Origin: Clostridiales bacterium
GTDB lineage: Bacteria > Bacillota > Clostridia > Oscillospirales > Oscillospiraceae
Length of the DNA: 64,000 bases
NCBI GenBank assembly: GCA_004558025.1
Contig: SFEG01000008.1
Coordinates: 13,909-77,908, forward strand
Direction: 5' to 3'
Made by a program: the position numbers and the translations under genes
Part shown: one piece after another, positions 1 to 9,158 of the stretch
How positions within the stretch are numbered: the first letter of the stretch is position 1
Layout of the letters: each line of letters opens with the position of its first letter
The notes under the pieces: model-generated
Seen by the model: the letters and a program-made list of their open reading frames with translations, nothing else
Database searches by the model: none
Told to the model about the DNA's origin: nothing

Positions 1-2
1 AG

Positions 3-32
3 CTGCTGATAAATTTCAGCAGTTTTTTTGTT
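3..32 (+). terminator. Rho-independent terminator of a gene upstream of the window
   Basis: Inverted repeat ctgctga/tcagcag (3-9/16-22) followed by a T-run. Confidence 0.5.
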
Positions 33-56
33 TTTCAAAACAAGGAGGAAAAGAAA

Positions 57-1472
57 ATGGATGCAGTATTGAAAATCGTCCAGACCGTGAACCTTTACCT
101 GTCGGATTATATTCTTATAATCCTGCTCGTCGGCTGCGGCCTGTATTTCAGCTTCAAGACCAAGTTCGTCCAGGTTCGCTGCTTCGGCGAGGGCTGGCGC
201 AGGGTCTTCGGAAACTTTTCGCTTCACGGCGGCAAGCATGAGGGCGGCATGAGCTCGTTCCAGGCACTTGCGACGGCCATCGCGGCTCAGGTCGGTACCG
301 GCAACATCGTCGGCGCGTGCGGCGCTATCCTCGTCGGCGGACCGGGAGCTATCTTCTGGATGTGGATCATCGCCTTCTTCGGCATGAGCACCATCTACGC
401 CGAGGCGGTTCTCGCGCAGAAGACCCGCGTCGTCAATCCCGACGGCACCGTCGCCGGCGGCCCTGTTTACTACATCAAAAAGGCATTCAATAACGGCTTC
501 GGCAAATTCATGGCAGGCTTCTTCGCGGTCGCTATCATCCTCGCGCTCGGTTTTATGGGCGCAATGGTCCAGTCCAACTCCATCGGCGAGAGCTGCCAGA
601 ACGCGTTCGGCATCCCGTCCTGGGTCATGGGCGCTATAATCGCGGTCATCTGCGCATTCATCTTCATCGGCGGTGCGCACCGCGTCGCGGCCGTTGCGGA
701 GAAGATCGTCCCCATTATGGCTATCCTGTACGTTCTCGGCAGTTTCGTAGTTCTTATCTGCCGCATCCAGTACATCCCCGAGACCTTCGGGCTCATCTTC
801 AAGTACGCATTCAACCCCACCGCTGTCATCGGCGGCTCGATAGGCTTTGCGATAAAGCAGGCTATCTCGCAGGGCGTCAAGCGCGGCCTGTTCTCCAATG
901 AAGCCGGTATGGGCTCGACTCCTCACGCACACGCTCAGGCAAAGGTCAAGAGCCCCCACGAGCAGGGCGTCGTCGCAATGATCGGCGTGTTTATCGACAC
1001 CTTCGTCGTTCTCACCATGACCGCTCTCGTCGTTATCTCCACCCTGTACACCGGCGACGGCATACTCTCCGGCGTTATGACCAGCTCCGAAAACCTCGCT
1101 GCACTGGGTGTTGCAAAAACGAACCTCGCGCAGCTTGCATTCGGCAGCGTATTCGGCAAGGGCATCGGCAGTGCATTTGTCGCTATCTGCTTGCTGTTCT
1201 TCGCGTTCACGACCATTATCGGCTGGAACCTCTTCGGCCGCATCAATATCGAGTACCTGTTCGGCAAGAAGGCAGTCCTGCCGTACTCGATCATCGCTAT
1301 CGTGTTCATCTTCCTCGGCTCGCTTCTGTCCAATGACCTCGTTTGGGAGCTGACGGATATGTTCAACCAGCTCATGGTCATCCCTAACGTTATCGCACTG
1401 CTCGCACTCGGCGGCCTGGTCGCAGCCAGCGCCAAGGCCGGCAGCAGCGAGACCCTCGAGAATAAGAAATAA
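57..1472 (+). CDS. Alanine/glycine:cation symporter (AGCS family)
   Basis: Multi-pass hydrophobic 471-aa ORF. Motifs SSFQALATAIAAQVGTGNIVG and GGPGAIFWMW are typical of sodium:alanine symporters. AAGGAGG lies 8 nt upstream of the ATG. Confidence 0.9.
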   Translation: MDAVLKIVQTVNLYLSDYILIILLVGCGLYFSFKTKFVQVRCFGEGWRRVFGNFSLHGGKHEGGMSSFQALATAIAAQVGTGNIVGACGAILVGGPGAIFWMWIIAFFGMSTIYAEAVLAQKTRVVNPDGTVAGGPVYYIKKAFNNGFGKFMAGFFAVAIILALGFMGAMVQSNSIGESCQNAFGIPSWVMGAIIAVICAFIFIGGAHRVAAVAEKIVPIMAILYVLGSFVVLICRIQYIPETFGLIFKYAFNPTAVIGGSIGFAIKQAISQGVKRGLFSNEAGMGSTPHAHAQAKVKSPHEQGVVAMIGVFIDTFVVLTMTALVVISTLYTGDGILSGVMTSSENLAALGVAKTNLAQLAFGSVFGKGIGSAFVAICLLFFAFTTIIGWNLFGRINIEYLFGKKAVLPYSIIAIVFIFLGSLLSNDLVWELTDMFNQLMVIPNVIALLALGGLVAASAKAGSSETLENKK

Positions 1473-1483
1473 TCAAAGCTTTC

Positions 1484-1511
1484 AGAGCCCGCTTTTGCGG
1501 GCTCTTTTTTC
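1484..1511 (+). terminator. Rho-independent terminator after the symporter gene
   Basis: Stem agagcccgc/gcgggctct with a tttt loop, followed by a T-run. Confidence 0.75.
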
Positions 1512-1550
1512 TTGACAATAGTGTTCATACTGTGTATAATACGTATACAC
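1512..1550 (+). promoter_or_regulatory. Sigma-A type promoter with overlapping palindromic operator
   Basis: TTGACA (1512-1517), 17 nt, TATAAT (1535-1540). A perfect inverted repeat GTGTATA-N5-TATACAC (1532-1550) overlaps the -10. Confidence 0.6.
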
Positions 1551-1570
1551 GGTATGTGAGGAGCAGAACG

Positions 1571-1942
1571 ATGAACATTTTTATCGACAACCGCAGCGGA
1601 CTGCCGATATACGACCAGATCTATTCGCAGATAAAATCGCAGATCATAAGCGGCGCTCTCGATGCCGACGAGGCGCTGCCGTCCATACGCGGGCTTGCCA
1701 AGGAACTTCGCATAAGCGTCATAACTACAAAGCGGGCGTATGACGAGCTTGAAAAAGAGGGCTTTATATACACAATTGCCGGAAAGGGCTGCTTTGTCGC
1801 CCCGAAGAATACTGAGCTTCTGCGCGAGGAGAATCTGAGGAAGATAGAAGAGCACATGAGCGAGATAATTAGGCTCTCGCATTCCTGCGGGCTGAGCGGG
1901 GAGGAGCTTTTGGATATGCTGCGCTATGAAATGGAGGAATGA
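1571..1942 (+). CDS. GntR family (YtrA-like) transcriptional regulator
   Basis: Winged-helix motif LPSIRGLAKELRISVITTKRAYDELEKEGFI. The start was moved to ATG 1571 (GAGGAG upstream), because the track ATG at 1532 lies inside the promoter. Confidence 0.85.
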   Translation: MNIFIDNRSGLPIYDQIYSQIKSQIISGALDADEALPSIRGLAKELRISVITTKRAYDELEKEGFIYTIAGKGCFVAPKNTELLREENLRKIEEHMSEIIRLSHSCGLSGEELLDMLRYEMEE

Positions 1943-1945
1943 TCG

Positions 1946-2782
1946 GTGAACGCACTTGAGATAAGAAGCTTACAAAAACACAGGAAAGGCTTCAGCCTTG
2001 ACGGTATAAATCTCACCTTGCCCGCAGGCTGCATAATGGGGCTCATCGGCGAAAACGGAGCGGGAAAGACAACGACAATAAAGCTCATGCTGGATATGAT
2101 AAGAAAGGACGGCGGCACGGTGCGCATTCTCGGAAAGGACAGCGCCGAGATATCAAAGGAGGATATCGGCGTCGTTCTCGACGAGGTCGGACTGCCGACC
2201 TGCCTAACAGCGTGCCAGGTCGATAAGATCATGAGCAAGGCCTATACGCAGTGGAGCAGCGATGAATTTTTCGCGTATCTTAAACGCCTGAACGTTCCGG
2301 AGAACAAAGCGTTCAGCGCGCTTTCGCGCGGAATGAAAATGAAGCTCGGCATAGCCTGCGCACTGTCGCACAAGGCAAAGCTCCTTATTCTTGATGAAGC
2401 CACGAGCGGCCTTGACCCCGCCGTGCGCGACGAGGTGATCGACATCCTACTCGATTTCACCCGCGATGAGGAGCACTCTGTGCTCATATCCTCGCATATC
2501 GTAAGCGACCTTGAGAAGATCTGCGACTACATTGCTTTTCTGCATAAGGGCAGGCTCATGCTCTGCGAGGAAAAGGACAGACTTTATGAGCAGTACGGCA
2601 TCATCCGCTGCGATGAAAAAACGCTTTCGGCCATTGAGCCGAGTGCGGTCATCGGCAAGCGCGTAAGCGCCTTCGGGGTCGAGGCCATCGTCCGGCGCGA
2701 CACCGTTCCCGAGGGTGTGAGCATAGCTCCCGTGGGCATAGAGGAGCTTTTCGTATTCATGGTAAAGGAGGCTGCGAAATGA
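1946..2782 (+). CDS. ABC transporter ATP-binding protein
   Basis: Walker A GENGAGKTT, signature LSRGMKMKL, Walker B LLILDEATSGLD. GTG start 4 nt after the regulator stop. Confidence 0.9.
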   Translation: MNALEIRSLQKHRKGFSLDGINLTLPAGCIMGLIGENGAGKTTTIKLMLDMIRKDGGTVRILGKDSAEISKEDIGVVLDEVGLPTCLTACQVDKIMSKAYTQWSSDEFFAYLKRLNVPENKAFSALSRGMKMKLGIACALSHKAKLLILDEATSGLDPAVRDEVIDILLDFTRDEEHSVLISSHIVSDLEKICDYIAFLHKGRLMLCEEKDRLYEQYGIIRCDEKTLSAIEPSAVIGKRVSAFGVEAIVRRDTVPEGVSIAPVGIEELFVFMVKEAAK

Positions 2783-3378
2783 GAGCTCTGCTTTTGAAGG
2801 ACTGGTACATGGCGAGGAAATACTGCGACAGCTATTTGTTTATCGTTCTCGTGTTTCTGGTGCTCTCCTTTGTGTCCGATAATGTTATTTTCTATACATA
2901 TCCCTGCATGATGACGGGGCTTTTGCCTTACACGCTCTATTCGTATGACGAGCGCGAGAAATTCACGAGCTACTGCGCGGCTATGCCCGTATCAAAGCGG
3001 CAGTATGTCAGCGAAAAATATGTTTTTGGACTTATCGCCTCTGCCGCGGCGGCGCTGCTTACGCTTATCTGCATAATAATAAAGGGGAAGACCTCTGAGC
3101 TTATGCCGATGCTCGGCGCTGCGACGATAGCGGCGCTCATTTCTCAGGCGGCGATGCTGCCGTTTGGTTTCAAATTCGGCGTGGAAAAGGGAAGAATACT
3201 GTTCATTGCTGTTGTCGCTGTGCTGTTTGCGGCGTTTTATATCGTCATGGGTTCGGGAGACTCTGCACCGACACTGAGCGGCGAAGCATTAGGGTACATA
3301 TCACTTGCCGTTTCTGCGCTGCTGTTTGCAGCCTCGTGGCTCCTGTCGCAGAGGATATATGAAAATAAAGAGTTTTAA
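2779..3378 (+). CDS. ABC-2 type transporter membrane protein
   Basis: Hydrophobic 199-aa ORF. It overlaps the ATPase stop by 4 nt (translational coupling). Confidence 0.7.
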   Translation: MRALLLKDWYMARKYCDSYLFIVLVFLVLSFVSDNVIFYTYPCMMTGLLPYTLYSYDEREKFTSYCAAMPVSKRQYVSEKYVFGLIASAAAALLTLICIIIKGKTSELMPMLGAATIAALISQAAMLPFGFKFGVEKGRILFIAVVAVLFAAFYIVMGSGDSAPTLSGEALGYISLAVSALLFAASWLLSQRIYENKEF

Positions 3379-3407
3379 AAATGCAGAGCCATTGGCTCTG
3401 CATTTTT
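3377..3407. terminator. Bidirectional terminator between convergent ABC operons
   Basis: aaaaatg-cagagcc-att-ggctctg-cattttt: a perfect hairpin flanked by an A-run and a T-run. Confidence 0.75.
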
Positions 3408-4162
3408 CAGTATTCCTTTTTTGCGATAGCCACGAACGAGCCGACCGTTGTCACAACGAAGTAGCTGAGCGCTGTAAGCAGCGCTTTTTTCATGTCCTCG
3501 CTTTTTACGTCAAACACGGCCAGCGTGCCGTTTATGCGCTCGAGCCAGTAGCCGGACAGCTGTATCTCCTTTTCGGCCAGCGCCGTATCCGCCAGCGCAA
3601 GGACGATCGTCAGCACCATCGGCAGCACAAGGCATATGGCTATAGCGCCGCCGGTTTTCTGCAAGACTGTGCTTATCGCATAAAACAGTGAAGCCTCCGC
3701 GAGCATGACGGCAAGCTGACACAGCAGTATCTTCACAGTGTATGCGTCAAACGGCTGCTCCCCGGGAGCACAGAACAGCACTCCGACGAGATATCCCGCC
3801 GCCATGCAGACTATCGTCATAATCGCCGACGCAAATAAGACGGCGATGAGCTTTGCCGAGAAAATGCCGAGGCGGGTGTAGCCGCGGGTGACGATGTTGC
3901 GTATCGTGCCTGAAACATAATCCTCGCACACGAAAAGGGGAACGAACACGCCGATTACCATGCTCAGCGTTCCGCCGGATACAGCGCCTATCATAACGCT
4001 CATACCGTCAATTCCCATTTGACTGACATCAACGGCGTCCTTTTGCATGAGATATGTCGTGTAGGTCGAAATAAACAGCATCGCCACGGCGACGGCAAGG
4101 CAGATATAAAAGCTCTTTTGGCGGATGAGCTTGTGAAATTCAAAATGCAGCAACTTTCCCAT
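3407..4162 (-). CDS. ABC-2 family transporter permease
   Basis: Multi-pass hydrophobic protein. The start was set to MGKLLHFEF (ATG 4160-4162), 1 nt after the upstream ATPase stop. The track ORF extends to 4198. Confidence 0.75.
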   Translation of the reverse strand: MGKLLHFEFHKLIRQKSFYICLAVAVAMLFISTYTTYLMQKDAVDVSQMGIDGMSVMIGAVSGGTLSMVIGVFVPLFVCEDYVSGTIRNIVTRGYTRLGIFSAKLIAVLFASAIMTIVCMAAGYLVGVLFCAPGEQPFDAYTVKILLCQLAVMLAEASLFYAISTVLQKTGGAIAICLVLPMVLTIVLALADTALAEKEIQLSGYWLERINGTLAVFDVKSEDMKKALLTALSYFVVTTVGSFVAIAKKEY

Positions 4163-4163
4163 A

Positions 4164-5060
4164 TCACTTTCCCATCCTTTCAAGAAAGTATTCCTCAAGG
4201 CTTGCCGTCTGCACCGAAAGCTCGCTGACCCTTATTCCGTGGCGAACCAGCAGGCGGTTTATCCTGTCGCTCTGGTCGAGAAGCTCGTACATATAAATAC
4301 AGTCGTCCTGTACCTTGATCGCCTCCGGGCGTGCAATGCACGATAGAAGCGCCGCAGCCTTGTGGATGTCATTTACCTTGAGTTTCAGGTGGTGGCGGCA
4401 GCGGCCTTCAAGCTCCCTTGCCGTTATCTGCTCTATAAGAACGCCGTCTTTTATGATGCCGTAGGTCGTAACGATCTTCGACAGCTCGTCTAGCAGATGG
4501 CTGGATACGAGAAGCGTAACGCCTTTTTTCTGATTGAGCGTGAGTATAACGTCGCGTATCTCTTTTATTCCGGCGGGGTCGAGGCCGTTTATCGGCTCGT
4601 CGAGCACGAGAAACTCCGGATGCCCCAGGAGGGCGATGCCGATGGCGAGGCGCTGCTTCATACCGAGGGAAAACTGCCCGGCCTTTTTCTTTCCGACGCC
4701 CTTGAGACCGACAAGGTCGAGTATATCCTCAAGCTCGTCCGTGCCGGTGCCGGTCAGAATGGCAAAGCGGCGCAGGTTTTCAAGCGCCGTGCAGTTTTTG
4801 TAGATGCACGGATACTCCAGCAGCGCACCGATTCGGTGCCGTGCTTCGTTTTCGCTCTCCTCACCGCCGAAAAGCTCGATGCTTCCGGCAGTGGGCATCG
4901 CCGCGCCCAAAATAAGGCGCATAAGCGTCGTCTTACCGGCTCCGTTTTTGCCGATAAAGCCGTATATCTCGCCCTCTTTTATCTGCATGCTTACGTTTTT
5001 TACGGCAACTTTTTCGCCGAACTGCTTGGTCAGGTTTTGCGTGCGCAGAACGTATTCCAA
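4164..5060 (-). CDS. ABC transporter ATP-binding protein
   Basis: Walker A GKNGAGKTT, signature FSLGMKQRL, Walker B FLVLDEPINGLD. Confidence 0.9.
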   Translation of the reverse strand: MEYVLRTQNLTKQFGEKVAVKNVSMQIKEGEIYGFIGKNGAGKTTLMRLILGAAMPTAGSIELFGGEESENEARHRIGALLEYPCIYKNCTALENLRRFAILTGTGTDELEDILDLVGLKGVGKKKAGQFSLGMKQRLAIGIALLGHPEFLVLDEPINGLDPAGIKEIRDVILTLNQKKGVTLLVSSHLLDELSKIVTTYGIIKDGVLIEQITARELEGRCRHHLKLKVNDIHKAAALLSCIARPEAIKVQDDCIYMYELLDQSDRINRLLVRHGIRVSELSVQTASLEEYFLERMGK

Positions 5061-5150
5061 ATAATTCGCCTCCCGGTGAATTGACTTTTAGTTTATTAAC
5101 TATATAATATATTATAAATCGGAAAAAATCAACAAGCGAGGGCAAAGGAT

Positions 5151-5813
5151 ATGGCGGAAATGAAGATAATAGCGCGGATACGCACGCCTTTTAAGACGAA
5201 ATTCGGTATTCCGCGCCAAAGCGGCGTCGCGGCTGAGGTAAAGGGCGAGATCGTGTTCGAGCCCGATTACCGCGAGACAGAGGCAGTGCGCGGGCTCGAG
5301 GGCTTTTCGCATATATGGCTGATATGGTGCTTCACCGAGGCGGTGAGTGATAAATGGTCGCCGACCGTGCGGCCGCCTCGCCTCGGCGGAAATGTGCGCA
5401 TGGGCGTTTTCGCAACGCGCTCACCGTTCAGGCCGAACCCGATAGGGCTGTCCTCGGTAAAGCTCGAAAGGGTAGAGTATACAGCCGACCGTGGCCCTGT
5501 GCTGCACGTTCGGGGGGCAGATCTCATGGACGGAACGCCGATATTCGACATTAAGCCCTATGTTGCCTACGCGGATTCTCACCCCGCCGCGAGCGGCGGC
5601 TTTACGGATACGGCGGAATTTAAAAAGCTCCGCGTCGAGCTTGATGACGGCGTAACCGAGCCGCTTCCGGAGGGACTCTTTGAGGTGCTCGAAAACGATC
5701 CGCGCCCGCGATACCACGACGATCCCGAGAGAGTCTACGGCATGGAGTATGGCGGCAGAGAGGTTAAGTTCCGCGTCCGAGGCGATATTCTGACCGTTAT
5801 TGAAATTCGGTGA
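5151..5813 (+). CDS. trmO: tRNA (N6-threonylcarbamoyladenosine(37)-N6)-methyltransferase TrmO (TsaA/YaeB family)
   Basis: KFGIPRQSG and TRSPFRPNPIGLS motifs characteristic of the TsaA/YaeB family. Confidence 0.85.
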   Translation: MAEMKIIARIRTPFKTKFGIPRQSGVAAEVKGEIVFEPDYRETEAVRGLEGFSHIWLIWCFTEAVSDKWSPTVRPPRLGGNVRMGVFATRSPFRPNPIGLSSVKLERVEYTADRGPVLHVRGADLMDGTPIFDIKPYVAYADSHPAASGGFTDTAEFKKLRVELDDGVTEPLPEGLFEVLENDPRPRYHDDPERVYGMEYGGREVKFRVRGDILTVIEIR

Positions 5814-5818
5814 ATAAC

Positions 5819-5847
5819 TTGACGAAGGCGGGGATAAGTGCTATATT
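5819..5847 (+). promoter_or_regulatory. Sigma-A type promoter for the HMA gene pair
   Basis: TTGACG, 17 nt, TATATT, with TGc immediately upstream of the -10. Confidence 0.45.
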
Positions 5848-5886
5848 AATTTTACCAAGTGGTCAACAAAAAACAGGTCGTGTACT

Positions 5887-7047
5887 ATGGCTGAAGTAAG
5901 GCTTAAAATCAGTGATATCGACTGCGCCGCGTGCGTAAGAAGAGTGCACCGCGCCCTTGCCGCGTGCTCCGGTGTTGAGTCTGCGCAGGTAAGCTACGCC
6001 TCGGGTATGGCGGAGATGTGCTATGACGAGGATAGAACAGATCTTGCGGGCATTGTAAAATGCGTTAAGAACGCGGGCTTCAAAGTCCCGACGGAGACGG
6101 CGATAATTAAATGCGCAGACCTCACCGCGGCCGAGGCGGAACTTTGTGCGCTGCCATGCGTCGCGCTTTTTGAGCGCGATGAAAAAAGCGGCGTGATAAA
6201 AGCGCGGTTTTGGCCGGTGGGAGCCGATGAAGAGGACATAGCTCGGGCGCTCGGAATGCCCGCCGAGGTGACGATAGAAAGACACGGCGAAGACGGCGGC
6301 GACAGGGTAAAGCAGACCGAGTTTTTACGCGGGATATTCGCGGCGATCTTCTTTTCGCTTCCGCAGCTTTGGGATATATCCATTGCCGCGCGGCTCGTTT
6401 TCGGTGCTCTTACGCTTTTTGCCGGCGCGTATTTTTACAGTGCGACCGCCCGCGCGATAAGGAAAAGGGTGCTCAGCCCCGATATTGCGGCAGCAGTTAT
6501 ACTGACAGCGGTGTATGTTCTGTGCGCGGTTGACATAACGCACTTCCTGCTGCTGACTGCGGCGACTGTGCTGCTGCTTTTGAGCCGCTATGCAGAGCGC
6601 CGCGCCGCGTACACCCTGGGAGCGTCGGCGCGCAGACTTTCGCACATGCAGCCGAAGTCGGCGCGTGTTCTGCAAAACGGCGTAACAGTTGAAAAGAGCA
6701 TTGACGAGCTGTGCGTGGGCGATATTGTCGTTGTCCTGCCCGGCGAGCGCATAGCCGCCGACGGAGAGATAGTTTTCGGCGAGTGCACGATCGATGAATC
6801 CGCAATAACCGGCAGTGGCGAGCTTGTTCACAATAGCTTAGGCGATACGGTGCTCTGCGGCTCGCTTGACCGTGCGGGAGAGGTGCATATGCGCATAGTG
6901 CGTGCGGGAAAGGATACCGTGCTTCAGAGAAGAATATCCGAGCTAAGCCGCGCAGAGCCTCCGCGAGCCGTGGCCCGCATTGCGGCGGCGCTTGGCATGA
7001 CGGCGGTGTTTGCCCTGATGTTTGGCGGAAAGGACGGCAAAGAATGA
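5887..7047 (+). CDS. Heavy-metal-associated domain protein: N-terminal fragment of a P1B-type ATPase (HMA + TM helices + actuator domain only)
   Basis: HMA motif DCAACVRRV. An actuator-like block VGDIVVVLPGERIAADGEIVFGECTIDESAITGSGELV has TGES degraded to TGSG. The ORF ends before any CPC or DKTGT region. Confidence 0.7.
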   Translation: MAEVRLKISDIDCAACVRRVHRALAACSGVESAQVSYASGMAEMCYDEDRTDLAGIVKCVKNAGFKVPTETAIIKCADLTAAEAELCALPCVALFERDEKSGVIKARFWPVGADEEDIARALGMPAEVTIERHGEDGGDRVKQTEFLRGIFAAIFFSLPQLWDISIAARLVFGALTLFAGAYFYSATARAIRKRVLSPDIAAAVILTAVYVLCAVDITHFLLLTAATVLLLLSRYAERRAAYTLGASARRLSHMQPKSARVLQNGVTVEKSIDELCVGDIVVVLPGERIAADGEIVFGECTIDESAITGSGELVHNSLGDTVLCGSLDRAGEVHMRIVRAGKDTVLQRRISELSRAEPPRAVARIAAALGMTAVFALMFGGKDGKE

Positions 7048-8003
7048 AAACCTGCGAAACGGAAATTAAAATTCGCGGCATGATCTGCCGAGCCTGCACG
7101 GACGCTGTCGAGTCGGCGCTGATGTCCGTTCGCGGCGTAGTGTCCGCGAAGGCGAGCTATTTCAAGGGCTGTGCCCACGTCACATACGACCCCGATATAT
7201 GCGATGAGGCGGTGTTTTCCAAAAGCATCGAAAACGCCGGATACGAAACGGGCGAAAAGGGCAAGCTCGAATATTTGGTTGACATAATATGCGTCATTCT
7301 CACCGCCTTCCTTGTTTGGCTTCTCATGAACATGAAGCTCAATGCCGTTCCCGAGGCCTATGAGGGCGCATCGCTCGGCTACATATTCCTCATAGGATTG
7401 CTGACCGGCACGCACTGCATCGCCATGTGCGGCGGCATAATGCTCAGCCAGACGGGGGCAGCCGCGTCGCCTATAAGAGCCGCCGCCGGATACAATGCGG
7501 GCAGACTCGTCTCCTACACCGCCATGGGAGCTGTATTCGGCGCTCTCGGCATGGTCATAAGCTACACTATGCAGACAAAGAGCATTGCCTTCACCATGAT
7601 CGGCATCCTCGTCGCGCTCATCGGCATAAACATGTGGGGGCTGCTGCCGGGTCTGCGCTCGCTCATGCCGCAGCAGAGCTCATATTGCTCGGTGACAGTG
7701 GGAGCCCGCCGTCGCTTTGCCTCGCGGCCGCTCGTTGTGGGGCTTCTCACGGGCGTTATGCCCTGCGGCTCGATGTACGCGATGTGGCTGTTTGCAATGT
7801 CCGGAGGAAGCGCCGGCAGGGGAGCGTTGGTCATGCTCGCGTTTGCGCTCGGAACCGTGCCGCTGATGCTGCTGTTCGGCTCGCTCGGCTCGCTTATCCC
7901 GCGCAAATATATGAAATATATGATAAAGCTCAGCGCCGTGCTCGTTACGGCATTCGGAATCAAAATGCTCCTGGGCGGCCTGAAAATGTCCGGCCTCTTA
8001 TAA
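7044..8003 (+). CDS. HMA domain fused to a TauE/SafE (DsbD_2-like) membrane protein
   Basis: N-terminal HMA motif MICRACTDAV. Membrane motifs GTHCIAMCGG and GVMPCGS. ATGA overlap with the upstream ORF. Confidence 0.75.
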   Translation: MKTCETEIKIRGMICRACTDAVESALMSVRGVVSAKASYFKGCAHVTYDPDICDEAVFSKSIENAGYETGEKGKLEYLVDIICVILTAFLVWLLMNMKLNAVPEAYEGASLGYIFLIGLLTGTHCIAMCGGIMLSQTGAAASPIRAAAGYNAGRLVSYTAMGAVFGALGMVISYTMQTKSIAFTMIGILVALIGINMWGLLPGLRSLMPQQSSYCSVTVGARRRFASRPLVVGLLTGVMPCGSMYAMWLFAMSGGSAGRGALVMLAFALGTVPLMLLFGSLGSLIPRKYMKYMIKLSAVLVTAFGIKMLLGGLKMSGLL

Positions 8004-8012
8004 GATATCCAC

Positions 8013-8041
8013 AAAATGCACAGTATGGTACTGTGCATTTT
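8013..8041 (+). terminator. Rho-independent terminator
   Basis: aaaatgcacagta-tgg-tactgtgcatttt perfect hairpin with a T-run. Confidence 0.7.
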
Positions 8042-8046
8042 CACTA

Positions 8047-8097
8047 TTGAAATACTTCAAATTATTGATATAATATATTTAAAAATTTTGAAGTATT
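8047..8097 (+). promoter_or_regulatory. plsY promoter bracketed by an 11-bp inverted repeat
   Basis: TTGAAA (8047-8052), 16 nt, TGaTATAAT (-10 at 8069-8074). AATACTTCAAA (8051-8061) and TTTGAAGTATT (8087-8097) are exact reverse complements. Confidence 0.5.
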
Positions 8098-8109
8098 GGA
8101 GAGCGTTCC

Positions 8110-8697
8110 ATGAAATATCTTATAATTGTGCTGATCGCGTATCTTTTGGGCTCGTTTTGCGCGTCTATTCCGCTGTCAAAGCGCGTATATGGCGGGGATG
8201 TGCGCGAAAAGGGCAGCGGCAACGCCGGGGCTACGAATATGGCGCGCGTTTACGGTATGAAGGCCGGGCTTGCCACCTTTGCGCTGGATGCCCTCAAGAC
8301 TGTAGCGGCGATGCTCGCAGGCTTGCACCTCGGCGGAGCTGTCGGCGAGGCGCTTGCCGGAGCGGCCTGCATATTCGGGCACTGCTTCCCGGTGTATTTT
8401 GCCTTCCGCGGCGGCAAGGGCGTTTCTGTCGGCGCTGCCTTGGGACTTATGACGGGATTTTGGACCTTTGCAATTATCATGGCAGTGTTTTTTGCCGTGA
8501 GCCTTTCAACGCACAAGGTATCGCTCGGCTCGATGTGCGCGGCTGTCTCGCTGCCGTGTGCTGCGGTGCTCACAAATGCTGAAAAACCAATGCTTTTCAT
8601 GTGTATTTTCGCTGCGCTGCTCGTAGTTTTCATGCATCGTGTCAATATCAAAAGGCTCATTAACGGCACCGAGGGCGACTTCCACGCAAAAAAGTAG
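8110..8697 (+). CDS. plsY: Glycerol-3-phosphate acyltransferase PlsY
   Basis: GSGNAGATN motif, hydrophobic 195-aa protein. Confidence 0.92.
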   Translation: MKYLIIVLIAYLLGSFCASIPLSKRVYGGDVREKGSGNAGATNMARVYGMKAGLATFALDALKTVAAMLAGLHLGGAVGEALAGAACIFGHCFPVYFAFRGGKGVSVGAALGLMTGFWTFAIIMAVFFAVSLSTHKVSLGSMCAAVSLPCAAVLTNAEKPMLFMCIFAALLVVFMHRVNIKRLINGTEGDFHAKK

Positions 8698-8852
8698 TTG
8701 AGAAATTTTAAGCTCCAATTTGTTCAAAATGTCGAAATTATTTGCTGAGAGCGTCATGGTCTTGACAAATAAGACATAAATGTTGTAACATGGTCATATC
8801 ATCAAAGCGGACACAGGGAAGGCCCGCGTATAAATGAAAAAGGAGAATTATC

Positions 8853-9086
8853 ATGGCAGTATTTAAAGACACCCTCGGCAAGGATTTTCTGGAGAAGTAT
8901 GACGGCGTAGAGCTTTTCAAGGAGTTCACTCCCGGCATAGCAAAGCTCCCCAAGCTTATGTATAAGCCCTATTACAATAAGAAGGCCGGCGACGTTGTCG
9001 AGACTTGCATCAAGCTCGGCCGCTGCACCGCAGAGGAAGCCGCAGCTCTCGAGAAGGCATTCAACGAGCGCTACGCAGACAAGTAA
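8853..9086 (+). CDS. Small hypothetical protein (paralogue A)
   Basis: 77-aa ORF with GGAGAA upstream and its own terminator. Alignable to the neighbouring 69-aa ORF. Confidence 0.6.
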   Translation: MAVFKDTLGKDFLEKYDGVELFKEFTPGIAKLPKLMYKPYYNKKAGDVVETCIKLGRCTAEEAAALEKAFNERYADK

Positions 9087-9100
9087 TAAAATTGTAGAAT

Positions 9101-9131
9101 AAAGCCCTGCCCATCAGGCAGGGCTTTTTTA
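9101..9131 (+). terminator. Rho-independent terminator
   Basis: gccctgcc-catca-ggcagggc followed by tttttt. Confidence 0.8.
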
Positions 9132-9158
9132 AAAGCACCGTTAATAAGGAGGAAGACT

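Noticed and set aside
1532-1570. Track start codon (ATG 1532) for the GntR regulator. Similar upstream starts are given for ORFs at 26223, 47086, 48991, 50050, 13177-14238 and 22738-23547.
   Set aside because: These upstream starts lie inside promoters or the preceding gene and lack ribosome-binding sites. The internal ATGs have SD sequences and match family N-termini.
935-1882. 315-aa minus-strand ORF spanning the symporter 3' end, a terminator, a promoter and the GntR gene
   Set aside because: It crosses a strong terminator and promoter and overlaps two well-supported plus-strand genes. It has no motifs.
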